Assembly: GCF_006345805.1 (NCBI RefSeq) | Contig: NC_043001.1 | Location: 11,408,001 to 11,472,000, forward strand | Direction of reading: 5' to 3' | DNA: 64,000 nucleotides | From: Octopus sinensis | Taxonomy: Eukaryota | The notes under the pieces: model-generated | Told to the model about the DNA's origin: nothing | Databases searched by the model: none | What the model saw: the letters and a program-made list of their open reading frames with translations, nothing else | Shown: in pieces, positions 11,758-24,336 of the stretch | How the letters are laid out: each line of letters starts with the position of its first letter | Position numbering within the stretch: the stretch's first letter is position 1 | Position numbers and translations under genes: made by a program

Positions 11758-13229
11758 ATGGACAAAATTTGGTATGGCTGTATTATCAAGTGTCTGCAGA
11801 AAAAAAACTGTTTAACTCTCAAAGACACTCACATGTTATCAACAGAGAAAAAGTGTGCAGCTTGATATAGGAGAAGAAAGGGAAATATCGAAGAAGACTC
11901 ATGGTCTGAATATCCAGGAAATGCCACCACCAAGGAAAATATTTATCATGTTCGCCACATGGTGATGGATGACAGGCGATTGTTTTGTAAATCAAATAGT
12001 CAATGTTATGAGCATGTCCCGTAAGTGGAAAATATTCTGTACAATGAACAAAGCTTCTGCTCGTTGATTGCTAAATCTTCTGACATCAGATCAAAAGTGC
12101 ACCAGGTTGATCCCATCACGGAAAAATTTGACATTCTTTGCGGTAGATCCAGCTGGTTTCCTTGAACGTTAACTATTCCAGGATAAGTATTTCATTCATT
12201 ACTTTGACCCAGACACAAAAAAATTTCCTGCGTTAGAAACGGCCCTCTCACCCACTCCAAAGAAGGCCAGTATAATTTCATCTACAGGGAAGGTGATAGC
12301 CTCATTTTTTGGCATTCAAACGGTATTATGTTTGACTATTGTCAAACGGGACCACACCATCAATAGAGAGTATTATGCCAACTTGTTTGGGCAGTAACAA
12401 AAGGCTATCAACTCCAAATACTCAGGACGACTGAGGAAATGGGTTTTGTTGTATCCGGACAAAGCTCCAGCACACAAGCCTTTGATTTCAATGACTACTG
12501 TGTGTGACTGTGTCTTTGAACCGGTTGATCATCCTCCCTATACTCCTGGCTTGGCCCCATCTAACCCTCATCTGTTACCCAATATAAAAGAACACTTAGC
12601 TGGGAATTAGCATCGCAGTGGTGATGTCCTATCTACTGTTGATGAATTTTGGGGCCAACATGTTGAAAGCTTCTTCACCAATGGGATCAAAACATTCTTA
12701 TCTACTCTAGGCACAAGGCCCGAAATTTTGGGGGAGGGGACCAGTCGATTAGATCGACCCCAGTATGCAACTGGTACTTAATTTATCGACCCCGAAACGA
12801 TGAAAGGCAAAGCTGACCTCGGCGGAATTTGAACTCAGAACGAAGCGGCAGACGAAATACCTATTTCTTTACGACCCACAAGGGCTAAACACTGAGGGGT
12901 CAAACAAGGACAGCCAACCGGATTAAGTCGATTATATCGACCCCAGTGCGTAACTTGTCCTCAAGTTATCGACCCCGACAGGATGAAAGGCAAATTCGAC
13001 CTCGGCGGAATTTGAACTCAGAACGTAACGGCAGACGAAATACCGCTAAGTATTTCGCCCGGCGTGCTAACGATTCTTCCAGCTCACCGCCTTAAGTTGA
13101 TCAAAAACATTGTTACACCAATGGAAGAAGTGTGTGGAATCCAAGAAGGACTGTGTGTAAAAATGAACCCCATTTGGTCACTTTCCATGAGATTACCTTT
13201 AACCTGTGAACGTTTCAGCCGACTCCGTA
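11758..13229 (+). mobile_element. Decayed mariner transposon, split by a SINE
   Basis: Frameshifted remnants MDKIWY, HHMVMDDRR, ARxLxNLLTSDQK, GHTINREYYANL, DHPPYxPGLAPS, HQWKKCV; right TIR-like aacgtttcagccgactccg followed by TA (13228-13229). Confidence 0.8.
12697..13094 (-). mobile_element. SINE family A (2 cores, alternative tail) nested in the mariner
   Basis: TSD gatcaaaacatt (12685-12696) / gatcaaaaacatt (13099-13111). Confidence 0.9.
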
Positions 13230-13558
13230 TATTAATCACTTTGCACTTTAATCTTTTCTGTGTGGGAGTATAATTTCATAAATGTTTGGCTGCTGTTTCT
13301 AGAAGATCAAATAACTATACGCAAGCTCTTTCATTGACGCAAAGTGACGATGTGTTGTTATGTTGTTTAACATCCTTAGTTTCTCAAAAATATGTTGCAG
13401 GTGTTATATTACTGTTATATATTCAATGAATAAAATAAAATTTCAAACAAGAGTTTGCTCGCAAAATATAAAATAGAAACAGAATAACAACATATAAATT
13501 GTAGAACTAACAAAACTTCGTAATCTTCGTAATAATGATTTTAACATTAATGCTTCGT

Positions 13559-14147
13559 AAGGCGGCGAGCTGGCAGAAACGTTAGCACGCCGGGCGAAAT
13601 GCTTTGCGGTATTTCGTCTGCCGTTACTTTCTGAATTCAAATTCCGCCAAGGTCGACTTTGCCTTTCATCCTTTCGGGGTCGATGAATTAAGTACCAGTT
13701 ACGCACTGGGGCCGATGTAATCCACTTAATCCGTTTGTCTGTCCTTGTTTGTCTTCTCTGTGTTTAGCCCCTTGTGGGTAGTAAACAAACAGGTATTTCG
13801 TCTGCGGCTACGTTCTGAGTTCAAATTCCGCCGGGGTCGATTTTGCCTTTCATCCTTTCGGGGTCGATAAATTAAGTACCATTTACGCACTGGGGTCGAT
13901 GTAATCGACTTAATCCGTTTGTCTGTCCTTGTTTGTCGTTTCTGGGTTTAGCCCCTTGTGGGTAGTAAAGAAATAGGTATTTCATCTGTCTTTACGTTCT
14001 GAGTTCAAATTCTGCCGAGGTCGGCTTTGCCTTTCCTTTTTTTTCGGGGTCGCGAAATTGAGTACCAGTTGCGTACTGGGGATCGATCTTATCGACTGGC
14101 CACCTTCTCAAAAATTTCGGGCCTTTTGCCTAGAAAAGGAAAAAAAA
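13559..14147 (+). mobile_element. SINE family A, 3 cores ending in the alternative tail
   Basis: Head-X-T1-X-T1-X-T2; imperfect TSD attaatgcttcgta / attaattacttcgta. Confidence 0.9.
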
Positions 14148-14306
14148 TTAATTACTTCGTACTCGTATCTGAAACCGGTATCAGTGAATTTATTTTGTCT
14201 CAGTTATATGACACGATACGATATATGATAGGATGTGGTACATACATATATCTAGTATATATATATATATATATACGCGAGAAAGAAGCAACAAGAATGG
14301 ATAGGT

Positions 14307-14397
14307 TTTTAGTACAATCGTTTCATACAAGGACAGGCTTTATTAAAAGTTGTAAAAATTACAGCATATAAACGTGTCCCGTACTCATCAGCTAAAA
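14307..14397 (-). ncRNA. Type I hammerhead ribozyme (copy 2)
   Basis: Exact reverse complement of 16268-16358. Confidence 0.85.
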
Positions 14398-16267
14398 TAC
14401 ATGTGAGTTCTCTAGACATCCTAGTGGTTGAGGCTATACTCATGAAGTAATGTAGATAATTAAGTAACACAAACAGATTTCCAAAGTTCATTAAAGTTGG
14501 ATGTACAATTAATTTTTTAGCCAGAGTTAGAAATCACATCTCGTCTTTTAAAGTACGTCATAAAGCTGGTACCACCACACTTTCAAACAAAATCTGGGAA
14601 CTCAAAAATAATAATAAAAATTATAATCTTAATTGGGAAATAGTTAGGAGAGCAATTCCGTATAAAAATAGTAGGGTTGGTTGCCAACTATGCTCCATGG
14701 AGACGTATGAAATTCTAAAGCATAGAAAACATAGAAACTTATTGAATAACCATATCGAACTAGGTCAAGTTTGTGTCCACGCTAAATTGAAGACTTTAAA
14801 ATATTTTAAATGATTAGAATATTCGTAACTAGGTAGATAGACATAACTTGATTTCTACTAGTATAGTATTGCTTTAAGTAGATAACTAAGGGTTCTCACA
14901 CTACAGTTATCTTTTTCCTTATATCTGTATCAGTTTTTTGAGAACAGGGAAATGAATAGTACATATACGCTGCTTAATTGAGGCTTTATTTAATTTCAAA
15001 CTCATAATTTTTAAATTCTTAATTTTAAATCTTAATTGTAATTTTAATTTTAATTCCTAACTTAATCTAATTTAAGTAGCATAACTCTAATAAAATAAAA
15101 TGAGTTACTATAGCCCCATAATTCTATTTCAAAATTAAATAAATAAGGCTATACCCCCTCGGTGATAATATGATTATCTTCATTATGATAGACAATCCCC
15201 TAACACCTTGTAAATGATCTTCTAAGATTTGACCTGTAGTCCGTCAATGTATGAATAATAACGGCAACCCTTAAGACAATAAAATGAATAAATTAATAAG
15301 TAAGTTTTAATGACTTTTTGATAAGATTATACTTAGATTTTCCTAATGTATTTTCTTTTGATTTTAGCATCTGACCCCTAAACCCCTGACTGTGTTATCT
15401 CTTTAGATTCTCTTTAAATTCATAGCTGATTTCAATCAACAGCAATATTAGCTGTTTTACTGGCCAAGAATATTCTCCTCTAGTTCCTAGATGCCTGTAA
15501 ATTAAAACCAGACTTGCCGTCTACTAATTCGTCTGTAAACTAGAACCCCCTTTTTATTTTTATTTTTTTTCCCTTCTTTTCCCTATTTCTTTCTCTCTTC
15601 TCTTTTTTCTGTTTCTTCTTCTTATTCTCTTTTTCCTTTTCTCTTCTCTTTTAGTCCCCTCCCCCCCCTTTTTTGCTCCCTCCTCCCTTATTTTCTCTCT
15701 TTTCTCCTATTCCCTTCTCTTTCTATTCTTTGCCTCTCTAGAAAGCCCTTCAGCCTTTAAAAGTTAAATAGCTACGGCCTCTTGTAAATAGCAGTAATGT
15801 GATTAATGTGGCAAATACCTAATCATATAACAAGAACTGATACCTACCTCATTGTGTTAAACCATTGATAAATTTATCGCCTGTGAATATGAAATTCCTC
15901 TTCGTTTCTCTGGAAACTTACATCTACACCATTGGAGATTGTGCATCTATACAAAGGATTAATTCACCCTCTCTGTAATGCTAATAAGCAGGAATTGAGA
16001 CCCACCTCGTTGTGATTAACAATGGATAAATTTGTCTTCTGTGAGTATGTAATCCCTCATCATATCTCTGGAATTTCATATGTGCTCTATGGATTAGGTC
16101 ACCTTCTCTGTGATGCTATTAGAACTTTTTTAAAATTCTGTGATAAGACTGTACATCATCTTTAAAGAACTTTAATGAACTTTGGAAATCTGTTTGTGTT
16201 ACTTAATTATCTACATTACTTCATGAGTATAGCCTCACCACTAGGATGTCTAGAGAACTCACATGTA

Positions 16268-16358
16268 TTTTAGCTGATGAGTACGGGACACGTTTATATG
16301 CTGTAATTTTTACAACTTTTAATAAAGCCTGTCCTTGTATGAAACGATTGTACTAAAA
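16268..16358 (+). ncRNA. Type I hammerhead ribozyme (copy 3)
   Basis: ttttag CTGATGA [60-nt stem II] GAAA C gatt GTA ctaaaa; predicted cleavage after 16352. Confidence 0.85.
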
Positions 16359-16779
16359 ACCTATCCATTCTTGTTGCTTCTTTCTCGCTTATAATCACCC
16401 CACATTACTGTATTGTTAAAACAGTATAGTTTTTTTGGTGCATCTAAGTTAGGTACCATATTCAAGTAAATTCATTTAAATTAACTTGAATCTTTATTGC
16501 TTTTATTGCTTTTTGAATATATATATATATATATTTGAACCGAATGTTTTTTACAGCGTACGTAAATTAATGATGTAAGGAGAATGCTAGCAAGTTATTT
16601 TTATGAAAGACCGTTAATAGATGTAACGTCAAAGGCAGATTAGAGAAAGAGAAGGAGAAGAAAGAAAGACATTAACAGAAAATTAAGAGTGGAAAAATAT
16701 AATGTGATATATGAATGGGAATAAAGTTTAATAGCGTGGATATAGATATATGTACTGGGAATAAAATGTTAGAAGATAG

Positions 16780-17700
16780 TTAAAGGTAGAATTTTATAGA
16801 TTGGTAGAAATTACTTATAGGCACTAAAGGTATGTTTTTGCCATTATTTACAACGATAAAGGCGTTCTTTGAACGCTTTTCAAGAGTATTCTTTGAGAAA
16901 AGGATGAAAAATAGCTCTTCATTACAGAGCGGATAAAAAGATTTACCTTTGTCATATGGGAAGGATCTAGATAGAATTTTCCATTCCAAAATGTATTGTT
17001 TAATATGTTCCTTTAGAGACTAAATTAATTTATTATTAATTAAGTATTCTTTGAGAAAAGGATGAAAAATAGCTCTTCATTACAGAGCGGATAAACAGAT
17101 TTACCTTTGTCATATGGGAAGGATCTAGATAGAATTTTCCATTCCAAAATGTATTGTTTAATATGTTCCTTTAGAGACTAAATTAATTTATTATTAATTA
17201 AGTATTCTTTGTGAAAAGGATGAAAAATAGCTCTTCATTACAGAGCGGATAAAAAGATTTACCTTTGTCATATGGGAAGGATCTAGATAGAATTTTCCAT
17301 TCCAAGATGTATTGTTTAATATGTTCCTTTAGAGACTAAATTAATTTATTATTAATTAAGTATTCTTTGAGAAAAGGATGAAAAATAGCTCTTCATTACA
17401 GAGTGGATAAAAAGATTTACCTTTGTCATATGGGAAGGATCTAGATAGAATTTTCCATTCCAAAATGTATTGTTTAATATGTTCCTTTAGAGACCAAATT
17501 AAAATATTTAGCTCAGTATTGTTGCGTTTATTGATATGTCTAAATGTAGAATAATGGTTAGATATTATTTTCGACAACTGAGACGAAGAATTACCTATAG
17601 TAATGTTACATTGATAAACAGAGTTTCTAGTCTTAGAATTATTGCTAAGGAAACTAAGCAGATCAAATCCAACCTATCAGTTTCGTGAAGCTATAGATAA
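16780..17700 (-). mobile_element. Penelope-like GIY-YIG C-terminal fragment with an internal 158-bp tandem quadruplication
   Basis: NSVYQCNIT...NHYSTFRH...NNTELNILIWSLKE...EWKILSRSFPYDKGKSFYPLCNEE; repeat units start at 16886, 17044, 17202 and 17360. Confidence 0.8.
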
Positions 17701-17709
17701 GAATATACC

Positions 17710-18155
17710 CATTGACTGCGACCATGCTGGAGCACCGCCTTTAGTCGAGCAAATCGACCCCAGGACTTATTCTTTGTAAGCCTAGTACTTATTCTATCGG
17801 TTGCTTTTGCCAAACCGCTAAGTTACGGGGACGTAAACACACCAGCATCGGTTGTTAAGCGATGGTGGGGGCAAACACAGTCATAAACTCATACAAACAT
17901 ATATACGACGGTCTTGTTTCAGTTTCCGTCTACCAAATCCACTCACAGGGCTGTCTCTGTTTGACTCCAGCCCCACCATCCCTTGACAACCGATGTTTGT
18001 GTTTACGTCTCTGTAACTTAGCAGTTCAGCAAAAGAGACCGATAGGATAAGTAATAGTTTTACAAAGAATAAGTCCTGGGGTCGATTTGTTCGACTAAAG
18101 GCAGTGCTCCAGCATGGCCGCAGTCAAATGACTGAAACAAGTAAAAGAGATAAAA
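17710..18155. mobile_element. Two SINE B 3' halves in inverted orientation
   Basis: Minus copy ~17710-17950; plus copy ~17955-18155. Confidence 0.8.
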
Positions 18156-18463
18156 AAGGGCCAATGTGTTTTCACTTCAAAGCGGTGACCAACAAGGCCA
18201 CAGTCAAATCACTGAAGGACGCAAAGTACAAGGTAAAAATATACACAAATGGAATCTAGTGGTTGTCCTTAAACATCAAACCGAACTAGTTTTTCCGAAT
18301 CGCAGGCGAGTCACCGTTGGCATAACAATATGTTCAGTCGACAAGTTAGAAGAGTAGCCGTATCATTCCTTATGTACACCTTACTATCAAACAACAGAAA
18401 GTCGTTGAAGTTAAGAATAGAAGGGCACAGAAAAAAATTATGAACTTAAATCAGTGGTTCCTT

Positions 18464-18838
18464 AGTGGCTGTGTGGTAAGTAGCTTGCTTACCAACCACA
18501 TGGTACCTGGTTCAGCCCCACTAGATGGCACCTTAGGTAAGTGCCTTCTGCTATAGCGTCGGGTCGACCAAAGCCTTCTGAGTGGATTTGGTAGACGGAA
18601 ACTGAAAGAAGCCCGTCGTATATATGTATATATATATTTCCTTACTACCCACAAGGGGCTAAACACAGAGGAGACAAACAAGGACAGACAAACGGATTAA
18701 GTCGATTACATCGACCCCAGTGCGTAACTGGTACTTAATTTATCGACCTCGGCGGAATTTGAACTCGGAACGTAACGGCAGACGAAATACAGCAACGCAT
18801 TTCGCCCGGTTTGCTAACGTTTCTGCCAGCTCGCCTAC

Positions 18839-18871
<33 letters not shown>

Positions 18872-18905
18872 ATTATATATATATATATATAATATATATA
18901 TATAT

Positions 18906-18939
<34 letters not shown>

Positions 18940-19175
18940 GTATATTATATATGCATGTCTGTGTATATGTTTGTGTGTCTATGTTTGTCACCCCAACATC
19001 GCTTGACGACCGATGGTGGTGTGTTTACGTCCCCGTAACTTAGCGGTTCGGCAAAAAGAGACCGATAGATTAAGTACTAGGCTTACAAGGAATAGGTCCT
19101 GGGGTCGATTTGCTCGACTAAAGGCGGTGCTCCAGCATGGCCGCAGTCAAATAACTGAAACAAGTAAAAGAGTAA
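18464..19175 (+). mobile_element. Full SINE B with a minus-strand SINE A (18635-18836) inserted in its internal TA microsatellite
   Basis: B head at 18464-18620, A copy, (AT)n, then B 3' half ending aagtaaaagag. Confidence 0.85.
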
Positions 19176-19339
19176 TGGATTTCCTTGATTCCTATTTCAC
19201 TCTACTGGACCCTAATAAATAATCAGTGTTTTTAAAAATCCCATTAGATTTTAGAACTGAATTTTATTGGGAATTCTATTCATAAAAACAACCTTGTTGA
19301 AATATTTTGTGTAATGTAGACGTTTAACCAATTCTATTG

Positions 19340-19975
19340 AACGTAAATGTTTGTTTTGTTAACAATTTGCATACGCAAGTGCTACCAGTCGAAAGCTCCG
19401 CATGCCGGAAGCCAGCAAGTGTATGGGGTCATCAGGAGAGAATGCGCGCCGTCTTTTTCTTTTTGTGTGGGGAGTGCTATCTCTGGACGGCATCACTGCG
19501 CACCGGCCCCCTCACTAATATGACGCCCTGCTTGCTAGATCAAACGGTTATCAAATAAAGCTCGATATTCTTCTAGCCATCGCCCATCGTCTCCTTTTAA
19601 CCAAATCCAGTGGCTAGTCTTTTCCACTGTAGTTTGGATATCGGTCATGATGGTATTTACTTTACGATGAGTTAGGCCTAGCGATAACAACGGTCACCTC
19701 ACTCTATGTCTAAAGAATCCTCTACATCCGACATCGATTGGATTATGTTCCGCCTTACAGCCGGAGGAGGTTTACATAACGGTCAATCTTTCGAGCCCGA
19801 GCGGCGTCCATATTATCTTCGTGAGGAACCGTTAATTCGACTAAATTCACAACTTTCTTTCTTTCACACCACATTATAATATCCGGTTTTTTTTCGCAAC
19901 TGGGATGGGAAAGAGTCCCTGGCACCCTGGTAAATCTACAGCCACCTACTAATCGTCGTTCCACTTTTCATTGTT
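19340..19975 (-). mobile_element. Hero-like non-LTR retrotransposon 3' fragment (restriction-like endonuclease)
   Basis: KPDIIMWCERKKVVNLVELTVPHEDNMDAARARKIDRY, then PIDVGCRGF and VEKTSHWIWLK in shifted frames. Confidence 0.7.
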
Positions 19976-20329
19976 CACAAAATATTATATAGACTTCCAA
20001 GGGTCATATGGACCCAGCAGATAATCACTGATTTGGCTAATCGTATTGCAAAGAAGATGGAATGGCCATGCTGCAAAATAAGAATTTGATAATAGGTTTG
20101 TCTGTACAATCACAGTTGGTCTGTAGTTAAGTAGCAACGAAATCAAACACGTCATCGATGTCGGTGGTGCCGAAGACGTCAACAATAGACCGAAGACATT
20201 TAATGTAGAGAATATATTTTCATTTATATCCAAACAAATACTTTCATCAAGATCTCTACTTTGAAATAGATTATTATATGGAGAATGTTGGAGTGAAATA
20301 TATATAAATCCGTATATATTGTACATGCA

Positions 20330-20335
20330 TCTCTA

Positions 20336-20421
<86 letters not shown>

Positions 20422-20444
20422 TATCTATCTACCTACCTACCTAC

Positions 20445-20522
<78 letters not shown>

Positions 20523-20614
20523 TATCTATCTATCTCTATCTATCTATCTATCATCTATCTACCTACCTACCTATCTATACATACATACATACATATATAT
20601 ATTACATACATATA

Positions 20615-20667
<53 letters not shown>

Positions 20668-20951
20668 ATATATTTAGGGAGAGAGAGACGGGGAAGCAAT
20701 GGTTGGGAGTATACATATAAATAGATATGCATATATATATATACATATATATTATAATATATATATATATATATATAATATATATATATATTCTATATAT
20801 ATATATATTATATATGTCAGTTTGCATGTATGTATGTGGTATGTATGCATACCGAGAGAAAAAGCGAGAATGGGAGAGAGGAGTATGTATATCTATTTAT
20901 CTATCTATCTATCTATCTATCTTCTATCTATCTACTCTATCTATCTATCTA

Positions 20952-20985
<34 letters not shown>

Positions 20986-21161
20986 TATATATAAACACAC
21001 ATAAACCCACATACACACACATCTACACAAACAAGACACATACAGACCTCCCCCCACACACAAACACACACATATATATCTATATACAAATATATGTAAA
21101 TACTGAATACAAAAATATATATAAATATATATAAATCTTGCACAACAAATATATAAACGTA

Positions 21162-21200
<39 letters not shown>

Positions 21201-21300
21201 GTACACAAACACACACACATCTACAAAAACAAGACGCATACACACACATACACACACAGACACACACACATACACATATCTACATCCAAATACAGAACAC
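20330..21300. repeat. (ATCT)n/(ACCT)n/(AT)n/(AC)n microsatellite complex
   Basis: Seen directly. Confidence 0.9.
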
Positions 21301-21658
21301 GAATATCGAAAACAAAACCACAAGAAGCAAAACAATGTCTACAAAGGTTTTTTCGCTCCAGCTAATACTATTTCTGCTTACAACTAATAGCAGATGAAGG
21401 AAAGACAATTTTTATCACTTAGGCTCTGAATAAAATATCTTATCCTCTACTGCTTTCATTATAGGTTTCTATTATCGCATAACATTTTCAGAACTAATCT
21501 AATTTTCTTCCGTTTTCTAGTTTTATTATGATTTTTTACTTCCTCTTTCTTCTTCATTACTATTCAAAGCATATACTATCTCCCACATTAATCTCGTGTG
21601 CATCTTCATCGACTTCGCATACCATATTCCTCTCCATCTATCGCAATACATACGTACG

Positions 21659-21696
<38 letters not shown>

Positions 21697-21800
21697 CGTA
21701 TAGATAGATAGGTAGATAGAGAGATGTATACATACAGATACATACATACATAGATGATACACGTACATACAGACCACACACGTGTACAAATATATATATA

Positions 21801-21930
21801 TTTATACATAAACAGGGAAACCAAATCATAAACATACAGATATAAAATTTATACATGATATTTTTGTATGCGTGTATGTGTTTTCATGTGTGTATATATA
21901 TATATATATATAAATATATATATATGCATG

Positions 21931-22002
<72 letters not shown>

Positions 22003-22130
22003 CATATACATATATGTATAGACATATATGTATATACTGACGTAAGTTCATATATATGCGAACTTAGGTACACACCTGCGCAAACATACAGAAGTATATT
22101 ATATGTACTTCTACAGATCATGGATAAAAT

Positions 22131-22164
<34 letters not shown>

Positions 22165-22320
22165 CATATATCATAGATCATATATACATATACATATTTG
22201 CACTTATATGAGTATATATATATATTTATACATAAACAGGAAAACCAAATCATAAACATACAGATATAAAATTTATACATGATATTTTTGTATGCGTGTA
22301 TGTGTTTGCATGTATGTATA
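21801..22320 (+). repeat. ~95-bp direct duplication, 424 bp apart, within microsatellite
   Basis: tttatacataaacaggRaaaccaaatcataaacatacagatataaaatttatacatgatatttttgtatgcgtgtatgtg at 21801 and 22225. Confidence 0.85.
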
Positions 22321-22354
22321 TATATATATATATATATATGTATTTATGTATACT

Positions 22355-22390
<36 letters not shown>

Positions 22391-22727
22391 GCTTTTGTTT
22401 GGTAATAAAAATATGAAATCATATCTCCGGTGCTGGCATCTCTTGAAAATCGAAAACAAAATTTCATAACTAGTGGGGAATACATTATCAATAGATAATA
22501 GTGTTTGAACCTAATATTTTTTAAAAACCTTTTCTTATCGCTGAAAACGTAAACATATAACCAGAGACTTAACAAGCGTGACCACCACATATATCTCAGA
22601 TATAGTGTAATATACACTACATGATTCTGTATATTCAGCATTCCTGAGTCATTAGAATTCGATATTAAGGTGAATTGGTGATATTTGCTTTTACAGGACA
22701 AGTTGGTAATATAAAAGTTTTCTTAGT

Positions 22728-23331
22728 CAGCGAGCTGGCTGAAACGTTAGCACGCCGGGCGAAATGCGTAGCCGTATTTCGTCTGCCTTTACGTTCTGAG
22801 TTCAAATTTCGCCGAGGTCGACTTTGCCCTTCATCCTTTCGGGGCCGATTAAATAAGTAGCAGTCATGCACTGGGGTCGATGTAATCGACTTAATCCGTT
22901 TGTCTGTCCTTGTTTGTCCCCTCTGTGTTTAGCCCCTTGTGGGTAGTAAAGAAGTAGGTATTTCGTCTGCCGTTATGTTCTGAGTTCAAATTCCGTCGCG
23001 GTCGACTTTGCCTTTCATCCTTTCGGGGTCGAATAAATAAGTAGCAGTTACGTACTGGGATCGATTTAATCGATTTAATTCCTTTATCTGTCCTTGTTTA
23101 TTCCCTCTATGTTTAGCCCCTTGTGGGCAATAAAGAAATAAGAAGCGTTAGCACGCCGAGAGAAATGCTTAGCGGTATTTCGTCTGCCGCTACGTTCTGA
23201 GTTCAAATTCCGCCGAGGTCGACTTTGCCTTTCATCCTTTCGGTGTCGATAAATTAAGTATCAGTTGCGTACTAGGGTCGATCTAATCAAGTGGCCCTCT
23301 CCCCCAAAATTTCGGGCCTAGAGAAGAAAAA
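22728..23331 (+). mobile_element. SINE family A, 3 cores (one junction restarts in the D-arm)
   Basis: Units joined at gaagtag|gtatttcg and aaagaaataagaa|gcgttagcacgcc. Confidence 0.88.
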
Positions 23332-23570
23332 ATATACAAGTGGTCTAAATATTGTCCCTAGAAAATTTTGCAATCAAATAAATCATAGTTAACTTTCAAG
23401 TGGTTCAGAATTTTTAGTCGAATAAATCGACTGCAGTATTCATTTTTATTGAAGCCTGGGTACTTACTCTATAGGGTCATTTTGCCGAACCGCTAGGTCA
23501 CGGGGACGTAAAGGCACCTACACCTGCTGTCAAGCAGCGGTGCTGGTGTGGCAAATACTGACGCAAAGAT

Positions 23571-23629
<59 letters not shown>

Positions 23630-23634
23630 TATTT

Positions 23635-23985
23635 GGAGGCGAAATGGCCCAGGGGTTAGAGCAGCGGACTTCCAGATAGGGCGTTGTGAGTGTTTATTAA
23701 GGGAAAATACCTAAAGCTCCACGAGACTCAAGCAGGGGGTGGTGGCAACCCTGCTGTAATCTTTCACCATAACTTTCTCTCGCTCTTTTTTCTTGTTTCT
23801 CTTGTACCTGTATTTCAAAGGGCCAGCCATGTCACAATCTGAGTCAAGCTGAATCTCTCCGAGAACTACGTTAAGGATGCACATGTCTGTGGAGTGCTCA
23901 GCCACTTGTACGTAAATTTCACGAGCAGGCAGTTCCGTTGATCGGATCAACTGGAACACTCATCGTCGCAACCGACGGAGTGCTT
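23635..23985 (+). mobile_element. SINE sharing family C head and body but with a different 3' tail
   Basis: ggaggcgaaatggcccaggggttag...cctaaagctccacgag...gggggtggtggcaaccc matches family C; the tail gtggagtgctcagccacttg...accgacggagtg does not. Confidence 0.75.
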
Positions 23986-24215
23986 CGATATATATATAGT
24001 TCAAATTTACAGAAAACACAAGACGAAGACAGGTGTAAGAAGAATGAGCTAGTGTATTAGTTGAACACTCGAGCGAAATGGAAAAGTCATTTACGTTTCG
24101 AGCCTACGCTCTTCGACGAGAAGGGGGGAGAATGGAGAGAGAATGAAAAAAAACAAGCGAGAAAAACTGTGTAGAGTGCCACGGTCCGAGAGAAAAACTG
24201 TGTAGAGTTCACATG

Positions 24216-24336
<121 letters not shown>

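Larger units (their letters stand above)
14277..16515 (+). mobile_element. 5'-truncated Penelope-like element with inverted 5' pseudo-LTR segment and long 3' pseudo-LTR
   Basis: GIY-YIG C-terminal remnant ~14530-14813 (TTLSNKIWELK...NWEIVRRAIPYKNSRVGCQLCSMETYEIL...LLNN). 14277-14498 is the reverse complement of 16168-16388. Hammerheads lie in both arms. Confidence 0.8.
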
